64,000 nt of DNA, taken from assembly GCA_021791655.1 (NCBI GenBank), contig JAJYWD010000001.1:98856-162855 (forward strand). Direction: 5' to 3'. Source of the DNA: Nanobdellota archaeon. GTDB taxonomy: Archaea; Nanobdellota; Nanobdellia; Parvarchaeales; Parvarchaeaceae. Below are positions 20,266 to 31,010 of this stretch, in pieces. Position 1 is the stretch's first letter; every line of letters begins with the position of its first letter. The notes under the pieces were generated by a model. It was not told where the DNA came from, did not search any database, and was given only the letters and a program-made list of their open reading frames with translations. Made by a program: the position numbers and the translations under genes.

Positions 20266-22674
20266 TTACAGTCTTCTGAATTCCGGCACTTTACTGTAAA
20301 GGGACAACTTTACCCCGTCTAGCACGAATAGAAACGCGAAAGACACGGCGAGAATGCTGAGTGCCGCAATCGCACTGATTGGAGTCATAAACAGGCCGAA
20401 TGTGGACATTAGCACGCCGATGCTTATGCCTATGAGCGCAGAAGCGATCAGTGGTTTGCTTGGTGCCGACGACCAGAACGAACGTCTTTCCCTTATACTG
20501 AATATGCTGAGCAGAATAGTTACGTTTGAAGTCAGAAACAAGAAAGTCTGGAATTGCTGTTCTGTTAGCCTGAACATATACAGGCCCAGGAGTGACAGTA
20601 CTGTGGTCACGCCCAGAAGCGCGATACCGAGAACAACTGACATCTTTATCAGTGATTTAACGCTCCAGAAGTCCGGTCTTGACGAGTACTGTTCGTTGTC
20701 GGTCGCCAGCGTTATGCTTGCTATGTCGTTTAGAAATATTAGTAGGATCAACTGGAACGGACGTATCGGCAGGAAACCTAGAGCTAAGAAACCGAATGAG
20801 AGAAAAAACACCATCTGTACTATCTTAACGATTTTTATTATCGTGTAAGTTACCATCCTCTCGAATATTTTTCTGCTCTCCTTTATTGCGGAGATTATCA
20901 CCCCGAGGCCGCTGCTCGTCAATACTATGTCTGAGGACGCCTTGGCCACGTCGGTTGCGGAAGACACAGCGATGCCGAGATCGGCCTCCTTTAGAGCAGG
21001 CGCATCGTTTACACCGTCACCTGTCATTCCCACCGTTAGGTCCTTGCTCTGAAGTGCCTTCACTATGGCGTACTTGTCCTCAGGGTATATCTCAGCTATT
21101 CCATCCGCTTTCTCTATAATGGATGCGATGCTCCCGGTTTTTTCGCCCCTTATGGAATTCGCATTAAGTATGTCTGTTCCAAGTCCGACTTCTCTTGACA
21201 CCTCTGTCGCAATCTCGGGATTGTCACCGGTCAGTATCTTTACACGCACGCCCAAGTCTGCAATCTTCTTTACTAGACCGTTTATCCCAGCCCGCGGCCT
21301 GTCGTATATTGGAATCACGCCCAAGAACCTTTTCCTTCCACCAGCCTTGCTTGCAACTCCGATTGTGCGGAATCCCCTCCTCGAAAGGTCCGTTATACTT
21401 TTTTCCACGCCGGCCCTGTCCTTGTTTTTCATCTTGGTGAGTTGCATTATTGTGTGGGGGTTTCCCTTGTAAAATTCTTCCTCTTTTCCGTTTATGTTGA
21501 CTATGGCTTCGGATCTCTTTGTCGCCGGATCAAATGGCAGAAAACGTATCACTCTGAATTTTGGCAGTTTTATGCCAAACTTTCGCAAACTGCTTATAAC
21601 TGCGAGATCTATCGGGTCTTTGTCCTCGCGCCTAGAAGCAAGCGCCGCCGCTCTTATAACCTCCCTATAATCTACATTGTGGTACGTAACAGGTTTGTAC
21701 ACCGACAATTTGTTTTCGGTTATCGTACCGGTTTTGTCCATACACAGGATATTCATTGTAGATGCTTCTTCTATCGCGGAGAGTTTGGTCACTATCACGC
21801 CCTTATCAGAGATGGATTTGGTACCAACCGCCATGGCCACCGTGAAAGCGGCAGGAAGGGCCACCGGAACCGAAGCTATCAATATAACTAAATCAAAAGG
21901 CAGTATGCTTAGAAAATCTATTTTGATGGCTATAGCGTACGTCGTTATCAAGGCGATCAATACTATGTCTATGGCTACGAGATATTTTGCCAGCGATAAT
22001 ATTACAGTCTGAAGCCGCGTGTGTGGTTTTGCGTTTTCCACCAGTTTTGCGGTCTTTCCGTAATATGTGTCTTTTCCTGTAGTTACCACAAGGGCCGTGG
22101 CCTCGCCTTTCTTGACTATCGAGCCGGAGTACAACAGACTATCCCTGTGTTTCCGTATCGGAAACGATTCGCCCGTGAGTGTCGACTGGTCTATTTCGAA
22201 TTCGGAGCTTTCAATCACCTCAGAGTCCGCCGGTATTATGTCCCCTGCCCTGACCCTTATTATGTCGCCGGGCACTAGGTATTTAGCATCCAGAGTCGCC
22301 CATTTCTCGCCTCGCAGCACCCTCGAACTTACGTACAGGTGCTTCTTTAGGAGTTCCACCGCCCTCTGCGCATTGTCTTCCTCTCTGAATCCGGCCACCG
22401 CATTGAACAACAGAAGTGCGAGGACTATGTAAACGTCTAGCAAGTGCGACAGCCAGAACGATATAATCACTATTATCTCCAGCATTAGTGGTATCGGTCC
22501 CCAGAATCTTTTGAGTAGTGACAGGACCCGGCTCTCCTTCTTCTCGTTTATTTCGTTTAAGCCGTATCGTCTTAGTCTGCGCCTAGCCTCCCCGTCCGTT
22601 AAACCGTCTATACTGCTTTCTAGCTTCCTTAACGCCTCTTCAACAGCGATCCCTCTGAAGGCTTTTACGTTCAT
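20266..22674 (-). CDS. Plasma-membrane-type H+-transporting P-type ATPase (P3A)
   Basis: TGES, ASVPVALPAAF, DKTGT (phospho-Asp), TGDN, MTGDGVNDAPALK and IFLND. Confidence 0.92.
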   Translation of the reverse strand: MNVKAFRGIAVEEALRKLESSIDGLTDGEARRRLRRYGLNEINEKKESRVLSLLKRFWGPIPLMLEIIVIISFWLSHLLDVYIVLALLLFNAVAGFREEDNAQRAVELLKKHLYVSSRVLRGEKWATLDAKYLVPGDIIRVRAGDIIPADSEVIESSEFEIDQSTLTGESFPIRKHRDSLLYSGSIVKKGEATALVVTTGKDTYYGKTAKLVENAKPHTRLQTVILSLAKYLVAIDIVLIALITTYAIAIKIDFLSILPFDLVILIASVPVALPAAFTVAMAVGTKSISDKGVIVTKLSAIEEASTMNILCMDKTGTITENKLSVYKPVTYHNVDYREVIRAAALASRREDKDPIDLAVISSLRKFGIKLPKFRVIRFLPFDPATKRSEAIVNINGKEEEFYKGNPHTIMQLTKMKNKDRAGVEKSITDLSRRGFRTIGVASKAGGRKRFLGVIPIYDRPRAGINGLVKKIADLGVRVKILTGDNPEIATEVSREVGLGTDILNANSIRGEKTGSIASIIEKADGIAEIYPEDKYAIVKALQSKDLTVGMTGDGVNDAPALKEADLGIAVSSATDVAKASSDIVLTSSGLGVIISAIKESRKIFERMVTYTIIKIVKIVQMVFFLSFGFLALGFLPIRPFQLILLIFLNDIASITLATDNEQYSSRPDFWSVKSLIKMSVVLGIALLGVTTVLSLLGLYMFRLTEQQFQTFLFLTSNVTILLSIFSIRERRSFWSSAPSKPLIASALIGISIGVLMSTFGLFMTPISAIAALSILAVSFAFLFVLDGVKLSLYSKVPEFRRL

Positions 22675-22773
22675 AGAATAGAATAATTTGCTGGTGGGTT
22701 AAATATTATTATGGGCGACAGGAATGTCATATTCTGCACAAAGTATTATAATACTTAGCTGGCTAATACACGT

Positions 22774-23973
22774 ATGGCTGCCAGCAAGGTAAAAGGCGTG
22801 AGGGGTTTCATGGGAGAAGAAGCCTTGGTGAGGGAAGACGCCATAAATAAGATAAGAGAGACTTACAAGCTGTTCGGATTTGAGCCGGTTGAGACACCGG
22901 CATTGGAACCTCTGTCACTGTTCACCGGCAAGTCCGGCAAGGAGATAGAAGAGCAGCTGTATCTTCTCGAGGACAAAAAGGGCGAAAAACTCGCGCTACG
23001 GCCCGAGCACACCATTTCCAAATTTAAGATTATCGCTGACAACAAGTCTATAATGAAGCCCTTTAAGACCTACAGCATAGGCAACGTGTGGAGGTACGAA
23101 AACCCGTCAAGCACGCACTTCAGGGAGTTCACGCAGTGCGATATTGATATATACTATGCCAAGGACATAGCATACGATGCGGAGATAATCGCCTGTCTTG
23201 ATTTCGCACTTAAGCGTCTCGGGATATCCGCGTACAAGATACATCTCAACAACAGAAAAATACTAAATAAACTGCTTCAGGATGTGGCTGTCCCCGTGGA
23301 ATCCGCAATGCAGGTTCTTAGGGAGATGGATAAAATAGATAAAGCGGGTATGGATACTGTGATTGGTAGAATTTCGGCGCTTATAGGTGCAGAGAAGGCA
23401 GCAGCAATCAAGGATTACATGGACGGCAAGCTGAAAATAGGGGGGGAAGGAGCTGAGGAACTTAACGGCCTGATAAGATACCTAAAAGCCTATAAAATAG
23501 ACAATTTTGTTGTGGACAACGCTTTGGTCAGAGGTCTCGATTACTATGACGGTAACGTGTTCGAATTCGTCTCGGAATTCGCCAAGGCTTCTATAGCCAG
23601 TGGTGGCAGGTATAATAAACTGGGAGAAAAACTGAGTGTGGTAATCCCAATGGTGGGCGGAAGCATAGGATTTGACAGAGTAGTGTCGGAAATGATTGCA
23701 AGCACAGCTGAAAAGGTGTTTGCAGGCAGATACTGCGTGATAAGCATCGGTGCGGATGAAAAAGCGATAGAAGTTGCTTCCAAGCTAAGGAACGAGGGCA
23801 TGGCGTGCGAACTACTGATGGGCGTTTTCCTGTCAAAGGCACTGGATTACTGCAATGCAAAGAAGATAAGGTACGCGGTAATGGTGGGCAAGAAAGAAGT
23901 GGAGAACGCAGAGGTTACGCTTAGGGACCTACAGCTCTCGTCCGATAGAAGGGTAAAAGAGAGCGAACTTTAA
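22774..23973 (+). CDS. hisS: Histidine--tRNA ligase
   Basis: LALRPEHT, WRYENP...FREFTQCD, VRGLDYY, GGRY and GSIGFDR; anticodon-binding domain. Confidence 0.95.
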   Translation: MAASKVKGVRGFMGEEALVREDAINKIRETYKLFGFEPVETPALEPLSLFTGKSGKEIEEQLYLLEDKKGEKLALRPEHTISKFKIIADNKSIMKPFKTYSIGNVWRYENPSSTHFREFTQCDIDIYYAKDIAYDAEIIACLDFALKRLGISAYKIHLNNRKILNKLLQDVAVPVESAMQVLREMDKIDKAGMDTVIGRISALIGAEKAAAIKDYMDGKLKIGGEGAEELNGLIRYLKAYKIDNFVVDNALVRGLDYYDGNVFEFVSEFAKASIASGGRYNKLGEKLSVVIPMVGGSIGFDRVVSEMIASTAEKVFAGRYCVISIGADEKAIEVASKLRNEGMACELLMGVFLSKALDYCNAKKIRYAVMVGKKEVENAEVTLRDLQLSSDRRVKESEL

Positions 23974-24019
23974 AGATTTTTAAATATTATAAAGGGGAAA
24001 GGGTCTAATTATTCTAGGT

Positions 24020-25048
24020 ATGAATAAATCCAACTGGACCATAAGGTCAAGGGCTCCTTTGAGAGTCAGCTTCGCCGGCGGAGGCACCGATATAAAGGAG
24101 TACTATGAGAAATACGGCGGCGTTGTAATCTCTTCGTCTATATCAAAATACGCGTACGCTACTCTTAGGCCGTTGAAAGACGGTAAATTCCGGATAAGGC
24201 AGGAGAATCTAGGCATAGACTACTCTGGTAAGATAAACGAGAAACTTACCGATACTCAGGAGCTCGGCTTCCTTAACGCTATAGTAAGACACTTTTCGCC
24301 AAAGGACGGCTTCGATCTCATAACGCACAGTGATGTAAACTATGGTTCTGGACTGGGCGCGTCGTCCACAATGATAGTTGCCATAGTAGGCGCGTTTAAC
24401 AAGTGGCTGAATTTAGATCTTGATCACTACGAGATTGCAGAGACCGCTTATAAAATAGAACGGGAGGATTTGGGGATTAAGGGCGGAGCACAGGATCAGT
24501 ACGCGGCTTCATTCGGAGGATTTAACTTCATAGAGTTCATGCGGGACGCAATAATAGTCAATCAGATGAGGCTCAAGCCGAGCACTATATACGATTTGCA
24601 GTTCAGACTCCTGATGGTGCACACGGGGTCTTCTCACTCGTCAAGCAGAATACTATCCACGCAGATAAACAAGCTCTCCGACAGTCAGCTGTTGGAACAC
24701 TACGATAGGTTGAAGCGCTTGGCAGTTGACGTAAAGGGCGCCCTCTACAAGGACGATCTTGATACTATTGGACCGTTACTAAAGCAGGAATGGGAAGAGA
24801 AGAAGCTGCTATCCCCTGGCATCAGCACAAAGGAAATCGAAAAGATAATAAACGTTGCTTATGAGAATGGTGCAAGCGGAGCCAAAGTGCTTGGAGCCGG
24901 TGGCGGTGGCTACGCACTTTTATTCACGGATGAGGACAACCGCTTCAGACTGGCTAACGCTATGCAGAAGCTTGGCGTAGAAGCGAATTATCCCGAATTC
25001 GATTATGGCGGGCTTGAGACATGGAGCCTCTATAAGAAGGGCCGTTAG
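24020..25048 (+). CDS. hddA: GHMP kinase, D-glycero-D-manno-heptose 7-phosphate kinase (HddA)-like
   Basis: APLRVSFAGGGTD, GSGLGASS, GGAQDQYAASFGGFNFIEF and GAGGGG. Confidence 0.82.
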   Translation: MNKSNWTIRSRAPLRVSFAGGGTDIKEYYEKYGGVVISSSISKYAYATLRPLKDGKFRIRQENLGIDYSGKINEKLTDTQELGFLNAIVRHFSPKDGFDLITHSDVNYGSGLGASSTMIVAIVGAFNKWLNLDLDHYEIAETAYKIEREDLGIKGGAQDQYAASFGGFNFIEFMRDAIIVNQMRLKPSTIYDLQFRLLMVHTGSSHSSSRILSTQINKLSDSQLLEHYDRLKRLAVDVKGALYKDDLDTIGPLLKQEWEEKKLLSPGISTKEIEKIINVAYENGASGAKVLGAGGGGYALLFTDEDNRFRLANAMQKLGVEANYPEFDYGGLETWSLYKKGR

Positions 25049-25932
25049 AGGCCGTAAAATTCTATCAGTTCGTCCATTCCTTTTTCCATGGGCATTTTGG
25101 GCGCTAGCCCTAAACTCTTTATCTTTTTGATGTCCGCGCGTGTGAACAGCTGGTAGCTCTTCAACGGATTTGGAACGTTTTCCACGCCGAATTTCAGCCC
25201 CTTTTTCTTAAATATCGCAAGTATCTCATTCCACGATATGGGGCTCCCAGTGCCGACGTTGAAAAGACCGTCGTACTCCTCGGCCAGCCTTAGTGTTATT
25301 TCTGCAGCGTCGGTTACATGTATGAAGTCCCGTCTTTGCGAGCCGTCCCCATACACCTTTACGCCGCCGTCACGCTTTATTGCCTCCAAGAACAAGGATA
25401 TTATGCTCTTGTAATCCCCTTTGTCATTCTCACCCACGCCATAAACGTTGAAGTATCTGATTACCGGCCCCTTTATGTACCCGTTAGCCACGTAACTGTT
25501 AAAAATCCTTTCGCCTACTATCTTTGACGTCGCGTACATGTTCCCCGTGTCTTTTATGATTTCATCCTCTCTGGATGCGCCGGTCGTATCCCCGTACACC
25601 GAAGACGAAGAAATGAAGACCACTCTTTTGACGTTCGATTTCCTGCAGGCTTCCAGGACATTTACAAGACCTATGCAGTTCACCTTAAAGCATCTGACCG
25701 GGTCTCTGAGGAATTCTACGTTCGAGGTTATTGCTGCCTCCAGTATCACTATATCGTACTTTCTGAAGTCTTGATCGGCCATGTCCCGGTCTGTTATGTC
25801 CTTTATTATGGTGTCAACGCCCAAGCTATTGCCGTTTATGTCAAGGACGGTGACGCGATGTCCTTTTTTATTCGCGGCCTTAACGACCCAGGAACCTATA
25901 AATCCAGAGCCTCCCACAACCAGTAAATTCAT
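25045..25932 (-). CDS. NAD-dependent sugar-nucleotide epimerase/dehydratase (HldD/GmhD-like)
   Basis: GGSGFIGS, SSSSVYG, YATSK, RYFNVYG and YQLFTRADI. GGAGG 6 nt upstream of ATG 25932. Confidence 0.85.
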   Translation of the reverse strand: MNLLVVGGSGFIGSWVVKAANKKGHRVTVLDINGNSLGVDTIIKDITDRDMADQDFRKYDIVILEAAITSNVEFLRDPVRCFKVNCIGLVNVLEACRKSNVKRVVFISSSSVYGDTTGASREDEIIKDTGNMYATSKIVGERIFNSYVANGYIKGPVIRYFNVYGVGENDKGDYKSIISLFLEAIKRDGGVKVYGDGSQRRDFIHVTDAAEITLRLAEEYDGLFNVGTGSPISWNEILAIFKKKGLKFGVENVPNPLKSYQLFTRADIKKIKSLGLAPKMPMEKGMDELIEFYGL

Positions 25933-26071
25933 ATCTTGCCTCCACTGCCCATGTTTTGTGTAAGTCAACGGTGCTAATATACTTTTTCGTAACACATCAT
26001 CCCGTGCAACCAATTAACAGTATACAGTTTAAATACGCCGGATGCACAGATTTCTAAATATTGCATAGTGT

Positions 26072-27085
26072 ATGGACATAACGTTGATAGTGGAGGATAC
26101 TGACCCCATAAAGCCCGGAAGTTCCAGGTATAATTTCGAGTTGTCAAAGATTGGAGCGCTAAGGAATGTTTTGAGCTTCTCCTCGGAGCTGAGCAATAAG
26201 GGAATAAATAACAAGCTTCTGAATAAACTGTATAGAAGGAAGGCATTCCTGAACAAGCATGCAAGCGAATTGGGTAGGGTTCTGCACTTCACCGAACCTG
26301 AAATAATGTTCAAGTCCAAACAGCTAAATGGCAGGAAAATAGTACTTACGGTTCACGATTTGGCAGTATTCGGTACGACAGAGTACACGAATCTGTATTG
26401 GAGACTGCGGGCTGCAGCATTCAGAAGGCAATTTGTGTATGACACAAAGAGGGCGGACTTAATCCTCGTCAACAGTTCACAGACCAAGAACGAGCTGATT
26501 GATAGACTGGGAACCGACGCCGGGAAAATACTTGTTACCAATCTAGGCGTGAGCTCCGATTTTAAGCCACTCCGGCGCCAGGTAAACCGCGTAATAGGCT
26601 ATTTCGGTGGCTTCAACCCCAGAAAGCGCGTGGGTAGACTTATAGAGGAATTTCGTAGTTCAAAGTTTTACCGCGATTATGAGCTTTGGCTTGCGGGCAG
26701 GGAAGATGGCGAATACTCGAGATTGCACAGGATGTACGGTAACGACAGCAAGATAAAGTTTATAGGTGGGGTAGCGGAAGCGAAGCTGCCATCCCTTATC
26801 TGCTCGTTCAAGTATCTGGTGATTCCATCCAAGTATGAGGGATTCGGGCTGCCGATAATAGAGAGTGTCGCCTGCGGCGTGCCGACTTTTATATACCGAG
26901 ACGCAGCGATACCAGAAGAGGTCGCGCACTACTCCGAAAAGATCTCTTCGCTGGAAGACATTGACCGTATTGATTATAGCGAACTCAGGGGCAGGTTCCT
27001 GCGGAAGTCTAAGAGAGTAAGGGAGGAATTCTCATGGGAAAGGCTTAGGACTCTAACTCTGAAGGCCTACAAGACCCTTCTCTAA
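26072..27085 (+). CDS. Glycosyltransferase, GT-B fold (GT4)
   Basis: TVHDL, RKRV and PSKYEGFGLPIIESVACGVP. Confidence 0.9.
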   Translation: MDITLIVEDTDPIKPGSSRYNFELSKIGALRNVLSFSSELSNKGINNKLLNKLYRRKAFLNKHASELGRVLHFTEPEIMFKSKQLNGRKIVLTVHDLAVFGTTEYTNLYWRLRAAAFRRQFVYDTKRADLILVNSSQTKNELIDRLGTDAGKILVTNLGVSSDFKPLRRQVNRVIGYFGGFNPRKRVGRLIEEFRSSKFYRDYELWLAGREDGEYSRLHRMYGNDSKIKFIGGVAEAKLPSLICSFKYLVIPSKYEGFGLPIIESVACGVPTFIYRDAAIPEEVAHYSEKISSLEDIDRIDYSELRGRFLRKSKRVREEFSWERLRTLTLKAYKTLL

Positions 27086-27095
27086 CCGCTCTCGG

Positions 27096-28427
27096 TCATT
27101 TCGTTATATCCGGAATCAAGAACCGTTCGTTTCCCTTGAATATGTCGATTTCCTGTAGGAGGTCTTCTGCGCCGGTTTTGTTGTCTTTTATTGGCACGTC
27201 TTTATTCCCCTTCATGAACTCTTCTATCGTCCCGTCCGTCCCGTTTACGGTCATTTTGAAGCCATTTTTATAAACGGTTTTTCGGACTTTCTCGTACGTA
27301 TTTTTAACGTAGTTCTTGCGGCGCTCGTAGCCACCTGGTAGTTCTATCACCGCACCGAAAGCCTCTGAGAACGTCGCCTCGTTCGTGAGCGGGGAATCGT
27401 CCCCGCCCTCTATAATGTTTTTTATTAACTTTGGTATACTAGTAAGGTTTTGGTAGCCTTTCTTTGTCTCGTAGCGCTTTCCGTGTGGGTACTTTACTAT
27501 CATCGGTATCCTGGTGAGTTCGTCGTAGAGGTACGTGCTGTGCAGCATGTACCCGTGCTCGTTCATGGCCTGTCCATGGTCGGAAGTTATTATTATCAGC
27601 GTGTCATCGTATAGGTCTTTGCTCTTCAGCGTCTTTACTAACCTACTCAGTGCACTGTCAAGGTACTCGATCTCGGCCATGTATTGGCTTTTTATCTCGC
27701 GTATGGACTTATCCCGCATCTTCCTTATGCCCGTTACGTTGTCCCACACTTCTTTAGATTTATAATGCTCATACGGTTCGTGCACCTCCATCAGGTTTAT
27801 GAATTTGAAAAATTTGCTTTCCCAGTTTCCGTTCGCTAATATCTTGTTTGTGAGGGCGGAGCCCTTATCCAGAGGGAAATTCAGTGCCCGCTCCATGCTT
27901 TTGTTCCTAAGCCAGAACTGGGCGAATTTTATAAGCTTGTCAACCTGTCCTTTCTTTAGTAGCGCCTTAGCTATTGCGCCGGGGCTAGCGCCGAGCTGTC
28001 TTGCTTCCTCAAAAGTCTTGTCCTTTTTACTTATGGGAAATGGGTCCAACGAAAAGAAAAAATCGAAGCCCACATCAAAGTACGTAACCGGTCCGACCAT
28101 TGGGTTGTTCGATATGCCTAGTGTGTTGTAGCCATTTCGCTTGAGGTATTCCGATATACGTTCCGCCCTTAATTCCACATTGAATTTTGTGAGCTTCAGC
28201 AGCTTCTCCGTCTTTGTCTCGTGTACCTTGTGCTCCCCCGGATAGAGACCGGTTAGAAGTGACACATGCGACGGAAATGTCCAAGATGACGGCGCTATTG
28301 CGTTCCTGTATACGACGGTCTCTTTTGAGAAGGCATTTAGAAACGGCGTCTTTGCGGAACCGCCGTACAAGCCCATAAGGTCCTGTCTGAGGGTGTCACA
28401 TACCACGAGCAATACGTTGGGCTCCAT
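27096..28427 (-). CDS. Alkaline-phosphatase/sulfatase-superfamily enzyme with Thr nucleophile
   Basis: CDTLR, WTFPSHVSLLTG, EVHEPY and TSDHG. Confidence 0.85.
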   Translation of the reverse strand: MEPNVLLVVCDTLRQDLMGLYGGSAKTPFLNAFSKETVVYRNAIAPSSWTFPSHVSLLTGLYPGEHKVHETKTEKLLKLTKFNVELRAERISEYLKRNGYNTLGISNNPMVGPVTYFDVGFDFFFSLDPFPISKKDKTFEEARQLGASPGAIAKALLKKGQVDKLIKFAQFWLRNKSMERALNFPLDKGSALTNKILANGNWESKFFKFINLMEVHEPYEHYKSKEVWDNVTGIRKMRDKSIREIKSQYMAEIEYLDSALSRLVKTLKSKDLYDDTLIIITSDHGQAMNEHGYMLHSTYLYDELTRIPMIVKYPHGKRYETKKGYQNLTSIPKLIKNIIEGGDDSPLTNEATFSEAFGAVIELPGGYERRKNYVKNTYEKVRKTVYKNGFKMTVNGTDGTIEEFMKGNKDVPIKDNKTGAEDLLQEIDIFKGNERFLIPDITK

Positions 28428-28554
28428 CTACGATTTAGCGTATTCCTTTCTTTTAAGCCTTAACTTTGCATTCGCTACTTGTACGGTAAACCGGTGCATA
28501 AAAAATCGCTTGTTTTGCACTATCTATTTATAATAGTTGTCGCCTTTTTTACAT

Positions 28555-29427
28555 ATGCAAAAACCGACTTCAAAGCCTACGACACATAATGCGCTTTCTG
28601 CGACGGAACTTAAGACACTGCGCCTCAAGGCGAATGAGATAAGACGGTGGGTCATAGAGATGGTTTTCAGTGCAAAATCAGGACACATAGGCGGTGCATT
28701 ATCGATTGCGGATGTCCTCTCTGTCTTATACTTCAAGGAGTTGAACGTAGATCCCAAAAACCCGAACTGGGATGGCAGAGACCGCTTGGCGCTTAGCAAG
28801 GGGCATGCATCCGCTGCTTATTATGCTGCGCTGGCTCTTAGAGGGTTTTTTCCCAAAGAGGAGCTTCTAACATTCAGGAAAATAAACTCTAAGCTCCAGG
28901 GTCACGCATACAAGGGGGTTCCGGGCGTGGATGTCAGTACTGGTTCTCTAGGACAAGGGATATGTGTCTCATTGGGCATGGCACTGGCCGCAAAGATGGA
29001 TGGAAAAAAGCACAGAGTTTACGCAATCATAGGTGATGGTGAATGTGATGAAGGGAGTGTGTGGGAAGCGGCATTAAACGCACCGTTTAGGAAACTTGAT
29101 AACCTTACGGTCATACTGGATAGGAACGAGTTCCAAAACGACGGTTCTATGTACAATATATTGGATACTGGAAGCATGGAGGACAAGTTTTCGTCATTCG
29201 GCTGGAATGTTATTTCAATAGACGGTCATGACATGCAGCAGATAGTAGACGCGATAGAGGAAGCGAGGGAAGCAAAGAGCAAACCCTCGGTGATAGTCGC
29301 ACACACGATAAAAGGGAAAGGTGTATCCTTCATGGAGAACAACGGCTCATTTCACGGCAAGCCTCCAACGGAAGACGAGTTCGAGAAGGCGATAGCCGAG
29401 CTCGATGAAGCGAGGTCAAAGATATGA
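28555..29427 (+). CDS. tktA: Transketolase, N-terminal (ThDP-binding) subunit
   Basis: SGHIGGALS, LSKGH, STGSLGQG and GDGECDEG. ATG at 28555 preferred. Confidence 0.95.
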   Translation: MQKPTSKPTTHNALSATELKTLRLKANEIRRWVIEMVFSAKSGHIGGALSIADVLSVLYFKELNVDPKNPNWDGRDRLALSKGHASAAYYAALALRGFFPKEELLTFRKINSKLQGHAYKGVPGVDVSTGSLGQGICVSLGMALAAKMDGKKHRVYAIIGDGECDEGSVWEAALNAPFRKLDNLTVILDRNEFQNDGSMYNILDTGSMEDKFSSFGWNVISIDGHDMQQIVDAIEEAREAKSKPSVIVAHTIKGKGVSFMENNGSFHGKPPTEDEFEKAIAELDEARSKI

Positions 29428-30350
29428 ACGTAGAAAGTCAGCGCGTGGCGTACGGCGAAGAACTTGCAAAGCTGGGTGAAAAGTACAAAGATCTTGTAGT
29501 TTTAGACGCCGATTTGTCGACTTCAACACATACGTACATGTTCGGCAACAAGTATCCAGACAGGTTCTTCAATCTCGGCATAGACGAACAGAATATGATG
29601 GGGATGGCTGCCGGTTTGGCGCTCTCAGGAAAGCTGGTTTTCGCGAGTACGTTCGCAATATTCGCTACTGGCAGGGCTTACGACCTTGTTAGGCAGAGTA
29701 TCGCTTACAATCGCGCCAATGTTAAGATCGTAGTAACACACGCAGGTCTCACCCTCGGAGAGGACGGTGCTACCCATCAGATGCTTGAGGACATCAGTCT
29801 TATGTGCGGTCTGCCGGGAATGACGGTTATAGCGCCTGCGGATGCGCCAGAGACAAGACGCGTTATACACGCGGTGACTGAAATGGACGGGCCGTGTTAT
29901 GTCAGACTTAGTAGGGAGAAAGTCCCTTCCATACTGGAAGACCGGCAATTCAAGATAGGCAAAGGAATCATTGTGGAAGACGGGGCCGATGTTTCAATAT
30001 TCTCTACAGGTATAACGCTCAATATCGCGCTGCAAGCTAGAGAAGAGCTAAAGAAGACGGGCGTCAGCGCAGCAGTACTACACATGCCTACAATAAAACC
30101 CATAGACAAGGAAATGATAATAACCTCCGCAAAGAAAACCGGAAGAGTCATAACAGTAGAAGAGCACAGTATATACGGCGGATTGGGCTCGCGCATAGCT
30201 GAGGTACTCGGGGAGAATTATCCTGCGAGGTTGCAAAGAATTGCTGTGAGAGACAAGTTCGGCGAATCTGGGAAAGGCTGGGAACTCCTGGAAAAATACG
30301 GCATAAGTTCGAATGAAATAGTAAGACACGCGAATGAGATGATGGGGTGA
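29424..30350 (+). CDS. tktB: Transketolase, C-terminal subunit
   Basis: [15 protein letters not shown] and TVEEHS; 4-bp overlap with tktA. Confidence 0.95.
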   Translation: MNVESQRVAYGEELAKLGEKYKDLVVLDADLSTSTHTYMFGNKYPDRFFNLGIDEQNMMGMAAGLALSGKLVFASTFAIFATGRAYDLVRQSIAYNRANVKIVVTHAGLTLGEDGATHQMLEDISLMCGLPGMTVIAPADAPETRRVIHAVTEMDGPCYVRLSREKVPSILEDRQFKIGKGIIVEDGADVSIFSTGITLNIALQAREELKKTGVSAAVLHMPTIKPIDKEMIITSAKKTGRVITVEEHSIYGGLGSRIAEVLGENYPARLQRIAVRDKFGESGKGWELLEKYGISSNEIVRHANEMMG

Positions 30351-30355
30351 AATGT

Positions 30356-31006
30356 ATGAAGATATTTTTAGACACTGCGAATGTGGATGATATACGAGAA
30401 GGGGTCAGCTGGGGGATTGTTGACGGAGTAACGACCAATCCTACGCTCGCGTCTAAAGAAGCCGGAAATCGTACCTTCTGGGACATAGCCAAAGAGATAA
30501 TAAACATAGTGCAGGGACCGGTCAATCTGGAGGTTACGGCACTCGATGCGGATGGCATGGTGAAGGAAGGAAAGAAACTGGCCGCTATGGGAAAGAACGT
30601 CGTTGTAAAAATCCCCATGACCGTAGAGGGATTGAAGGCTATCGTCAGGTTAAAGAAGCTAGGCATAAAGACGAACACCACGCTCATCTTCAACAGTAAC
30701 CAGGCTCTGCTGGCCGCCAAAGCGGGCACAGACTACGTGTCTCCTTTTGTGGGCAGACTGGACGACATAGGAGAGAGTGGCATGCAAATCGTCAAGGATA
30801 TCCTGCAGATCTTCCTTAATTACGGAATAAAGACCGAAATAATAGTTGCGAGCGTTAGGCACCCAGTGCACGTACAGGAAGCGGCATTACTGGGAGCCGA
30901 TATTGCAACGGTGCCCTTTTCTATCCTGAAAATGCTGGTAAAGCACCCCAAGACCGACGAGGGACTTGCCAAATTCTTGGAAGACTGGAAGAAAGTCAAA
31001 GTATAA
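30356..31006 (+). CDS. tal: Transaldolase (TalC/FSA type)
   Basis: [19 protein letters not shown] and [11 protein letters not shown]. Confidence 0.93.
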   Translation: MKIFLDTANVDDIREGVSWGIVDGVTTNPTLASKEAGNRTFWDIAKEIINIVQGPVNLEVTALDADGMVKEGKKLAAMGKNVVVKIPMTVEGLKAIVRLKKLGIKTNTTLIFNSNQALLAAKAGTDYVSPFVGRLDDIGESGMQIVKDILQIFLNYGIKTEIIVASVRHPVHVQEAALLGADIATVPFSILKMLVKHPKTDEGLAKFLEDWKKVKV

Positions 31007-31010
31007 CCCT

